This document shows positions 54,591-64,000 of a stretch of 64,000 bases of DNA, in pieces. Origin of the DNA: Chiloscyllium plagiosum (Eukaryota); the NCBI RefSeq assembly GCF_004010195.1, contig NC_057719.1:87780681-87844680 (forward strand), in the 5' to 3' direction. Below the pieces are notes generated by a model. The model had not been told where the DNA came from. It saw nothing but the letters and a program-made list of their open reading frames with translations, and did no database searches. Numbering within the stretch: the stretch's first letter is position 1; each line of letters begins with the position of its first letter. The position numbers were made by a program, and so were the translations under genes.

Positions 54591-55379
54591 TCATGATATG
54601 CTGGATTCACTATTGTACTTTATGCACAAACACCTTGGAACCAATTACACACAATAACATATCTGTGAAATAGGACCATAAATAGGCCATTCAGCCCTTC
54701 GAGCCGGTTCTGCTATTTAATAAGGTCTCGGCTGATTTGCTTGTGTTTTGAATTCCACCTTCCCATCCACCCCGCTAACCTGTGATTCCATTGCCTAACA
54801 AGAATACACCCAGCTCCACCTGAAAAATATCCAATGACCCACCATCTCCCGCCTCTTGAAGCAGAGTTGCACAACCCTCTTGAGAAAAACTGTTCTCCTC
54901 ATCTCTGTCCTAAAAGGGTAACCAACAATGTTAAAACAATGCCCCCCCAGTTCAGTAGGCAGAAATGGGTACTGCAGATGCTGGAGATTAGAGTCAAGAT
55001 TAGCGTGGTGCTGGAAAAACACAGCAGGTCAGGCAGCATCCAAGCAGCAGGAAAATCGACATTTCGGGCAAAAGCCCTTCATCAGGAATTTTGCCTGAAA
55101 TGTCGATTTTCCTACTCCTTGGATGCTGCCTGACCTGCTGTGCTTTTCCAGCACCACTCTAATCTTGCCCCCAGTTCAGAACTCACCCACAAGGGATAAC
55201 CACCCTGCATCTGTCAACTCACCATTAGTGAATGGATACACCAGAATGCAGTACTTTTTAGAACAATTAGAGCATTATTATATTGGACTTGCTAACATAT
55301 TGGGATCCACTGGATCGACTACCACGTTGCATATGTTGGTGTACTGGGTCCAATCATTTACTGGCTCTGCCAGGGTACC

Positions 55380-55860
55380 GGGTCATAATGTGACTGGGCG
55401 AGTAATCCAGAGCCCCAGGCTACTGCTCTGGGGATATGTGTTCGAATCGCATGGCAGATGGTATAATTTGAATTTTAAAATCTCGAATAAAAACTAGTCC
55501 AAATGTTGCCCATCTATCTGTTGTCATTTGTCACAAAAATCCACCTGGTTCACTAATGCCCTTTAGGGATGGAAATCTGCCATCCTTACTCGGTCTGGCC
55601 GATTTGTGACTCCAGACTCATCTATCTGTTGTCAGTTGTCACAAAAATCCACCTGGTTCACTAATGCCCTTTAGGTTTGGAAATCTGCCATCCTTACTCG
55701 GTCTGGCCGATTTGTGACTCCAGACCCATAGCAACATGACTGACTCTTGGTTGCCCTCTGAAATGGCCAAATAAGCTACTTTGTTCAAGGGCAATTACGA
55801 ATGGGCAAGAAATGCTGGCTGTGCCACGTGATGGTGGTCACATCTCATGAAAAAACGTTA
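55380..55860 (+). mobile_element. SINE with LINE-derived tail, internal ~106-bp duplication
   Basis: B-box-like GTTCGAATC; 55511-55618 repeated at 55619-55725; tail (GGGCAATT..GATGGGCAA.AAATGCTGG) shared with the LINE at 57800-58200. Confidence 0.65.
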
Positions 55861-56019
55861 AAGGAACCTTCCTTGTATTCTTTCCCCAACACATTTCTCT
55901 TCTCAGTGCCCTCGCGATCTCACTGTTCCCATCCCCAGGATAAAGCCTTTCTCAAGTCACCTACAATACCACGAATAAAGACCCAGCTCTCTGGCCCTTG
56001 GCTCTTTATTCACTCAATA

Positions 56020-56495
56020 ACTTTGAAACTTGAAAGGTTCGGAAAGGATTTACAAGGATGTTGCCAGAGTTGGAATTTTGTGCTAGAGAGAGAGGCTGAA
56101 TAGGCTGGGGCTGTCGGAGGCTGAGGGGTGACCTTATCGAGGTTTATAAAATCATGAGGGGCATGGATAGGATAAATAGACAAGGTCTTTTCCCTGGGAT
56201 GGGGGAGTGCAGAAATAGAGGGCATAGGTTTAGGGTGAGAGGGGAAAGATATAAAAGGGACCTAAGGGGCAACCTTTTCATGCAAAGGGTGGTGCATGTA
56301 TGGAATAAGCTGCCAGAGGAACTGGTAGGGGCAGGTACAATTACAACATTTAAAAGGCATCTGGATGGGTCTATGAATAGGAAGGGTTTAGAGGAATATG
56401 GACCAGGTGCTGGCAAATGGGGCTAGAATAGTTTAGGATATCTGGTCAGCATGGACCGAAGGGTCTGTTTCATGCTGTATGACTCTATGACTCCA
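56020..56495 (+). mobile_element. CR1 3' end
   Basis: RGDLIEVYKIMRG...QRVVHVWNKLPEE; (CTATGACT)n tail. Confidence 0.9.
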
Positions 56496-57307
56496 TGTTG
56501 TTGACCCCAGTCATTTCCACACCTTTGAGGATCTAGTCCTAAGTAAAACTATCTGGCTGCCCAGTCATTGGATCTGATATGGCCCCTATCCTCACTCCCT
56601 GGTCCAATCAATACAGACATGACCTCTAATGGTGCATACTTGCTTTCGTCATTAATCTCCAACAGTACAAGTACCACCACAGCCTGATGTCCTTTGGCAA
56701 GCTCGCACACTATTGATGAATTAATGGATCCCAGTAGATCAGCACGTCTGGTATAATAATACAGAGTTACCCCGGTATCCATGGAATGGTTTTCTGTGGT
56801 TGAGCTTACCTGTGGTTTACCATGGCCCAAACACACTACAGGGTACATTCCAGCACCAGGGACCAGGAAGCTGCTGGGAAGGGAGGTTTCCCATTTAAAT
56901 GAATGGGTTCACTCCTATCCACGGTAGGTCCTGGAACTTAACTCTTGCGGGTATGGGGGTGGTGGGTGCCTACCGTACTCTCATTGTTCTAGAAAACACT
57001 ACTCTAGTGGAGCCAGTAAATAACTGGACCCAGTACACCAACATACACATTCTGATAGATAATTCTGAGATGCATAGGTTTGGTCCTCTGCCATCAACTA
57101 TCCCCCTAATTTCATCTGCCTCCCTCCACCTCTCCCATCCTCACCTCCAACAATAAGTGTGAATGGTACATTGACCTTTCACTCAAGTTGACCACACCAT
57201 TGAGCTGCCTCAGTCACATTTCCCCCTTCTACCTTCTCAAGTGCTGAAACTGACATCTTGCTCCAGCTTCTTTCTCAGGTCCATTTCACGTTCATTTTGT
57301 CCATGAA

Positions 57308-57800
57308 AACTCCCCCTCCCACTCCACCAAAGATATGCAGGTCTTTGGACTCCTCCATCGCTAGACCACAACAACACGACGGTTGGAGGAAGAGCGCCTC
57401 ATCTTCCGCCTAGGAACCCTCCAACCACAAGGGATGAACTCGGATTTCACCAGTTTCCTCATTTCCCCTCCCCCCACCTTGTCTCAGTCAAATCCATCGA
57501 ACTCCGCACCGCCTTCCTAACCTGTAATCTTCTTCCTGACCTCTCCGCCCCCAGCCCAGTCTGACCTATCACCCTCACCTTGACCTCTTTCCACCTATCA
57601 CATTTCCGACGCCCCTCCCCCAAGTCCCTCCTCCCTACCTTTTATCTTAGCCTGCTGGACACACTTTCCTCATTCCTGAAGAAGGGCTTATGCCCGAAAC
57701 ATCGATTCTCCTGTTCCCTGGATGCTGCCTGACCTGCTGCGCTTTTCCAGCAACACATTTCCAGCTCTGATCTCCTGCATCTGCAGACCTCACTTTCTCC
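57308..57800 (+). mobile_element. Penelope-like retroelement fragment (endonuclease C-terminus plus terminal region)
   Basis: Translates NSPSHSTKDMQVFGLLHR*TTTTRRLEEERLIFRLGTLQPQGMNSDF. The E..LI..LGTL.P.G.N pattern is typical of PLE GIY-YIG endonuclease ends. Confidence 0.8.
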
Positions 57801-58420
57801 TCAACCATATCCACTCCCTACACCACCGATGCACAGTAGCAGCAATGTGTACCATCTACAAGATGCATGGCAAAAATTCACCAAAGATCCTCAGACAGCA
57901 CCTTCCAAACCCATGAATACTTCCATCTAGAAGGATAAGAGCAGCAGATACATGGGGACACCAAATGCAAGTTCCCCTCCAAGCCACTCACCAACCTCAC
58001 TTGGAAATATATCGCCATTCTGACAGTGTCGCTGGGTCCAAATCCTGGAACTCCCTCCCTGAGGGCATTGTGGGTCTACCTTCAGCCCAGGAACATCAGC
58101 AGTTCAAGAAGGCAGCCCACTACCACCTTCCCAAGGGGCGATTCAGGATGGGCAATAAATGCTGGGGCAGCCAGCAACACCCACTCTCCATGCGCAAGTG
58201 CAAGAAAACAGCAGAGGCTCAGTTCTGAGTGTGTAAACCAATCCTGAACAAGCCAGCCTCGACCTCTCTGCACTTGCAAACCATCACTCCATCTCCAATT
58301 TCTCTCCAAAATCCTCGAATGTGCTGTCAGTTCAGACCTGTGGCTATTTTCCCTGGGGTCTTTCTTCTACCCCTCGCTGATCAGATTTCTGCTTCCTGCT
58401 GAAATAGCTCTTACCAAGAT

Positions 58421-58735
58421 TAGATTAGATTAGATTACATTACAGTGTGGAAACAGGCCCTTCGGCCCAACAAGTCCACACCGACCCGCCGAAGCGCAAC
58501 CCACCCATACCCCTACATTTACCCCTTACCTAACACTACGGGCAATTTAGCATGGCCAATTCACCTGACCTGCACATCTTTGGACTGTGGGAGGAAACCT
58601 GAGCACCCGGAGGAAACCCACACAGACACGGGGAGAACGTGCAAACTCTACACAGTGTCGCCTGAGGCGGGAATTGAACCCGGGTCTCCGGCGCTGTGAG
58701 GCAGCAGTGCTAACTGCTGTGCCACCGTGCCGCCC
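58421..58735 (-). mobile_element. HE1-type V-SINE with TSD
   Basis: Full-length reverse copy flanked by (CC)AAGAT duplication. Confidence 0.9.
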
Positions 58736-59129
58736 AAGATGTCATGGTGAAGGGGCATGAAGAGAAATAGTTAGGAAAACTAGATTCTTTTCTACATTGT
58801 ACTGAAATTCTGTTTCTTTGAAAAATGGACCACTTCACTGGACTCTTAAAATGGCTGAGGCTGATCACATGATCATATTTCTAGAAGCTTCTAAATCCCT
58901 TGCATTGTATAGACATTCCAGTGAAAGCTTACACAGAGGGCTTGGAGAAATGGGGGTTGCCTGCCCCCAGCTAAATCTGGGCAAAGGAAAGCCTCAAAAT
59001 ATCATTATGTTAAAGTGGACGCTAATGCTATTAGTTACTTCATCACCATGCAATGGAAGTTCTGATGGGGGAGGTGAAGCTTCATTGTTAGCTCAACAAC
59101 CATCCAGTCAGCCCACTGAGATAGGACAT

Positions 59130-59985
59130 TGAACAGAGAGACCTATTGATTCAGGTACATAGTTCTTTGAAAGCAGATAGACAGGATGTTTAAAAAGGCA
59201 TTAAGCACACTTGTTTTCATTGCTCAGACCACTGAGTACAGGAGTTGGGATGTCATATTCAGGTTGTGTAGGATGTTGGTGAGGCCACTTTTGGAGTACT
59301 GGTTCTGGTCACCTGCTATATGAAGGATATTATTAAATTGGAGAGGGTTCAGAAAAGATTTACTAGATCTCCTCCCCTGTCCTGTCTTCCTTTGTGCCTG
59401 TATGTTTGGATTGAGTAGCAAAACAATTCCCCTGTGTTTTGACTGCTTTGCTAATAAATTCCATCTTTGATTTAATCTTAAATTTTTTTGCTGCTGATTT
59501 ATTTCCAAAATTGAAATTCCAAAAGCCTGGGTTCATTGGCGAGAATGGAGGGGTTAAGTTATAAGGACAGGTTGGATAGGCTAGGACTTTTTTCACTGGA
59601 GCGTAGCAGGTTGAGGGGTAACCTTTTTGAGGTTTATAAAGTCATGAGGAGATAAGGTGAATTGTAAATGCTTTTTCCCCAGGATAGGGCAATTCAAAAC
59701 TAGAGGGCATATTTTTTAAGGTGAAAGGAGAAAGATTTAAAAGGGACATAAGTGGCAACTTTCGACAAACAGAAGGTGGTTCGTATGTAGAAAAAAACTG
59801 CCAGAGGAAGTAGTAGATGCAGGTACAGTTAAAATATTTAAAAGACATCTGGCTGAGTACATGAATAGGAAAAGGTTTGGAGGGATGTAGGCCATAAGCA
59901 GGCAAACGGGACTAGTTTAGTTCAGGAACATGGTCGACATGGACTATTTGGACCAAAGGGTCTGTTTCCATGCTGTATGACTCCA
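59130..59985 (+). mobile_element. CR1 3' fragment interrupted by an LTR-like piece (59370-59540)
   Basis: LERVQKRFT..., then an insert similar to 60250-60412, then the CR1 resumes. Confidence 0.8.
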
Positions 59986-59995
59986 TGAAATACCT

Positions 59996-60420
59996 TGTCA
60001 CTTGATTGAAATCAGAAGTGGTCGAATTACTTAAGTCTAAAAATTCTGGGATTCTGGGGGCTCGACCTCCAGAGGGACAGACTGAGTTAGCAGCCTGACT
60101 CAGACCCTCCATCTCTGTTCTCTGCAGGAAGCCTGCACTTGGCCTGCCCGAAGGAAAATGAGAGTGTCCAGCTCACTGAGGAACTTGCTTACTGGACACC
60201 GACCTCTGTAAATCATGTAAACTGATTTTATTCTCATTGTCAGTTATAACCTGTCTTCCTTAATGCCCTTTGCGCCTGTATGTTTGGATTGAGTAGTGAA
60301 GCGATTCCCCTGTGTTCTGACTGCTTTGCTAATAAATTGCGTCTTTGATTTAATCTGAAGTTTTTTTTGCCGAGGATGTATTTTCAAAATTGAAATCCAA
60401 AATCCTGGTTTCGGGGAACA
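59996..60420 (+). mobile_element. Possible solo LTR
   Basis: TGTCA...AACA ends, AATAAA near the 3' end, second partial copy at 59370-59540. No clean TSD. Confidence 0.4.
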
Positions 60421-60599
60421 CCCCTTTGGTCTACCTCAGTAAGGGGCAGGAGTAAAAAGAGAAATAAATAAATCAAACCATCTCAGGCTTAAGAGGGGAA
60501 AAGCAATTCTAATTTAACTGCAACCCCTCACTCCCACTTTGTCTGTCTGTGTCAAACGTCTTATGCTTGGTTCCTGTCAGGAGAATAGCTCCTCATCCT

Positions 60600-61320
60600 G
60601 TTCCATTTGCCTTGGTCCTTGACAGCGGATCACACTACCCTCTTCCAGTGCTCCTTCGTTGTCCATTTGGGTGGGTCTCTCACTGAAGGCTAGAATCATG
60701 TGCAGATTTGAAATGAGGCTCCCTAACAATACTGACAGCGCCCAGGACAAACTCACCACCACCTCTCTTGACCACCTCTCATTTGTCAGACTGCTCATTG
60801 AACATCTCATTACGGATGAGCAGAAATTACCTCCAATTAAACATTTGAAGCCAATGTGTTGGGTCGCTGTCACAAACTCTTGGCCCCGCACTACCACCAG
60901 TTCCATGTCCCTGACTGCTCACGGTCTCAGGCTGAACGAAACGTTTCATAACCTAACTGTCCTATCTGATGCTGTGAGCTTACAATCGCATATCCACTCT
61001 GCCATCGAAACTGCCAATTCCCCTCTTGCTCACACAGTCTGAATAACCCCAGATTAGCATATCTGCTGCTAAAAGCTTCACTCTTGTTTTTGTGACTTCC
61101 TCATTTGACCATTCAAATGCTCTCCCCTAGGCAGCTCTCCCATTTTTCACAAGCTCCTTTAAACTTCAAATCCAGAACATTCTGCCCATCCATTAACTAT
61201 CACCAGGTTCCATCCCCTGTCACATCATTAATCTGCACTGGGCTTGCCTTCATTTTAAAATTCCCATCCTCACATGCAAATTCTCTCAGGCCTTTGGCCT
61301 TCCCCATCTCCATGACACCT
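60600..61320 (+). mobile_element. Old L2-clade LINE RT fragment
   Basis: Decayed YADDTQLYL-like segment (NTDSAQDKLTTTSLD) and downstream L2-type sequence. A matching 3' piece lies at 63315-63454. Confidence 0.5.
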
Positions 61321-62299
61321 CCAGACCAAGATTGTCACTGGACTGGTGTTCCAGAGGCCCAGGCTAAGGGACGCAGGTTCAAATGCTGCCACAGGAGCTG
61401 GTGGAAAATTAAATTCAACTAATAAACCATAAAACAAGTCACATCAATGGCTAGCATAAAGAAACAAAAGAACTGTGGATCCTGTAAGTCAGAAACAAAA
61501 ACAGAAGTTGCTGGGAAAGCTCAGCAGGTCCATCTGTGAAGAGAAATCAGAGTTATCTGAGGAAGGATCACAGGATTTGAAACATTAACTTGGATTTCTC
61601 TTCACAGATGCTGCCAGACCTGCTGAGCCTTTCCAGCAACTTCTGTTTCTGTCAATGGCTATCATGATGGTTGATCATTAATATAGTGTAGGGAAAGGAA
61701 GGCTGCCCATCTTCGCTGGTCTACATGTCATAACAAAAAGAGTTGAGAAAAAATGTCTTTTTTCAATGATATTCATACCCTGTATCCTCCCATCCTCTGA
61801 TCTCTTATATGTCCCTCACACTCGTCAGCTCATCACGGGTTGTACAATAACATCATGGTTATGAGATGGAATAGTTCATCCAGAGGCCTGGGCTAGCACT
61901 CTAGTGACAACCTTACTGCTGGGGAAATTGGTCTTGTGCAAGTCTGGTCTATAGTCCCCTGGTCTGGTCAAAGTATAATTCTGGTCCCACAGAGGGATAG
62001 TTGAGTCTGAATTATCTTCTGAACCAGCTGAACAAGACACTCTCTTTCTCTTCATTCTTTCCTGGGATAGGATTTGGTGTCCATCCCTAATTGCCCTTGC
62101 ACTGAGTGGCAGGGTCATTTTAGAGAGTGGGTAAGAGTCAAGCACTTTGCTTTGAGTCTGGAGTCACTTGTAGGCCAAATGAGATAGAGTCAGAGAGTCA
62201 TAAACAGAAGTTGCTGGAAAAGCTCAGCTAGTCTGGCAGCATCTATGAAGAGAAGTCAGAGTCAATGTTTCGGATGTGGTGATCCTACCTCAGAACCCA

Positions 62300-62945
62300 G
62301 AGTCATAGGGACATACAGCACGGAAACAGAATCTTTAGTCCAAACAGCCCATGCTGATCATGATCCCAAACTAAACCAGTCCCACCTACCTGCGCTTAGC
62401 CCATATCCCTCCAAACATTTCTTATTCATGTACTTATCCAAATGTCTTTTAAACGCTGTGGCTATACCCTCATCCAACACTTCCTCTGGAAGTTCATTCC
62501 ACACATGAACCACCCTCTTTCCCTTAGTCATTTTAACAAAGCACCAAACTACTCAAGTTTGGTGCAAAATGACTAACTGTATTAAATAAAAAAGTTATTT
62601 TAAATGATTTGGCAGGTGTGGTGGAGGTGGGCAGCCCATTTTGCCTGAGTCTTGGGCAGAGCACTACAGACTTAGACTTGCAGGGTTGCCGCCATCTTGG
62701 ATCTCCATGAACCACCCTCTATGTAAAAACATTTCCCCTCGTGTCTTTTTAAAATCTTTCTCTTCTCACCTTAAAAATATGCCCCCCGAGTCTTGAAATC
62801 TTCCACCCTAGGGAAAAGACACCTGCCATTCACTTTGTCTATGCCCCTGTTGATTTTATAAACTTCTTTGAGGTCACCTATCAACCTCATAAGCTCCAGT
62901 GAAAAAAAAGAGTCCCAGCCTATCCAGCCTCTCCTTACGACTCAA
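62300..62945 (-). mobile_element. CR1 3' fragment, interrupted
   Basis: Reverse CR1 tail and RT C-terminus; CATGAACCACCCTCT is duplicated around an insert (~62520-62705). Confidence 0.75.
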
Positions 62946-63454
62946 ACCCAGATTTCCTTCCCTAAAGAATATGAGTGGAATCAATGTGTTCAGAGAGATG
63001 CATTGCACATCTCAGGAGTAGGTGAGACTTGAACCTGTGTCTGTTGGCTTACAATTAGGGACACGGACATTATTGAATAGCAATCGATGATCGTTGCCAT
63101 GATAACCGCAAATAAGGTGAGTGGGAAGCTCCAGATTCAAAATAATTGAATGAAAATTCCACCAGTTGCCATGGTGAGATTTGAAACCAAATAACCAAAG
63201 CAGTGGCTTGGATCTCTGGCCTTATCTGCCTCCACATCACCTCCCTGGGATGGGAACCGGCAATAAATGCTTCCTCTCAACGTCTACATCCCATGAATGA
63301 GTGAAAAAAAATAGACATTTGCAGCTTTGCCTTCAGCTGCCTAGCCCTGAGCCCTGGAATTATCATCTTAATTAAACCGCTGTCTCTCCAGCTCTCTCTC
63401 CTCATTAAGTCGCTCCTTAAAACCTACCTCTTTGGCCAAGCTTTCAGCCACCTG

Positions 63455-63840
63455 GTTTCTTTTGACTTGTTGACAATTATACCCTCCCACATAGCCGAGA
63501 AGAGCCCTGCGACGGCTTCTGATGCTAGATGTGTTATTTAAGTACATGTTGATCTTTTTGTTAACCACATCCTTGGCAAACAACACTACTTTCTGTGGGG
63601 ACATGTCTAGTCTGTATCCCAATCAGTGTCTCTTTGAACATTTCCAACGAAAACATCTTATTTGATAAGTTTTCATTCCAATCTATCCGGGCTACTACCC
63701 CCCATCGCGATATTATTGAAATATTTTCTGGATATTGCAGTGCAAAGGTAGTGTGCATACCTATAGACAAGGAGTACGGCGTTCATGTCCCACTTACTCC
63801 AGAAATGTGTCCAAACGGGTCGATTAATAAAGAAAAGAAA
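63455..63840 (-). pseudogene. Candidate endogenous viral element: birnavirus-like (permuted-palm) RdRp fragment
   Basis: Frameshift-joined translation: LIDPFGHISGVSGT*...SIISRWGVVARIDWNENL...FKETL/LGYRLDMSPQKVVLFAKDVVNKKINMYLNNTSSIRSRRRALLGYVGGYNCQQV. It is colinear with recalled birnavirus VP1 segments GQGSGNAATFINN ... SIEDKLGINFKIE ... ELDLLGW ... RYEALRLVGGWNY. The sequence is unique in the window and abuts retroelements on both sides. Confidence 0.55.
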
Positions 63841-64000
63841 ATGAACTAAAGAACTGCACATGCTGGAAATCGGACACAAAATCAGAAATTGCTGGAAAAA
63901 ACTCAGATGGTCTGGCAGCATCTATGGAGAGAAAGCAGGGGTAATGTTTCGGAAGACTCACTGGACTTGAAACATTAACGCTGCTGTCTCTCCACAGCCT

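Noticed and set aside
59912..60112. Possible upstream PAK exon (MEGLSQAANS...; AG|GTATTT donor, phase 2)
   Set aside because: Lies in an LTR-like repeat, has a weak donor and shows no PAK similarity.
61919..62029. Possible 111-bp exon (AGSEDNSDSTIPLWDQNY...)
   Set aside because: The only open frame is phase 1-1, incompatible with the downstream PAK acceptors, and has no recognisable homology.
63476..63520. RSRRR|ALLGYVGG read as a furin site plus fusion peptide of an envelope protein, or as a retroelement RT thumb
   Set aside because: No signal or TM context and no YxDD upstream. The colinear motif B/D/E matches favour an RdRp reading, though this stays an alternative until searched.

Overview
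Repeat-dense vertebrate genomic DNA, most likely from an elasmobranch (shark), judged from HE1-type V-SINEs, abundant CR1-clade LINEs and Penelope-like elements. Two spliced protein-coding genes lie in tandem on the minus strand. (1) The 3' six coding exons of a divergent group II p21-activated kinase (PAK6-like; ~52166 to stop at 26072), with an intact kinase domain and all-GT-AG introns; its CRIB exon was not found in the window. (2) The first three coding exons of a phospholipase C-beta (PLCB2-like; ATG at 6312, continuing off the left edge), preceded by a compact TATA/AP-1/octamer promoter candidate. The rest is nested retroelement debris: CR1/L2 LINEs, SINEs, two degraded Ty3/Gypsy internal regions, solo LTRs (one with a perfect 5-bp TSD), Penelope fragments with hammerhead-ribozyme-like cores, and minisatellites. 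The most unusual item is a ~390-bp frameshifted fragment at 63455-63840 (minus strand). Its translation resembles the motif B-D-E/thumb region of birnavirus-type (permuted) RNA-dependent RNA polymerases, making it a candidate non-retroviral endogenous viral element. All family comparisons are from memory of reference proteins and no database search was run. Repeat boundaries are approximate.
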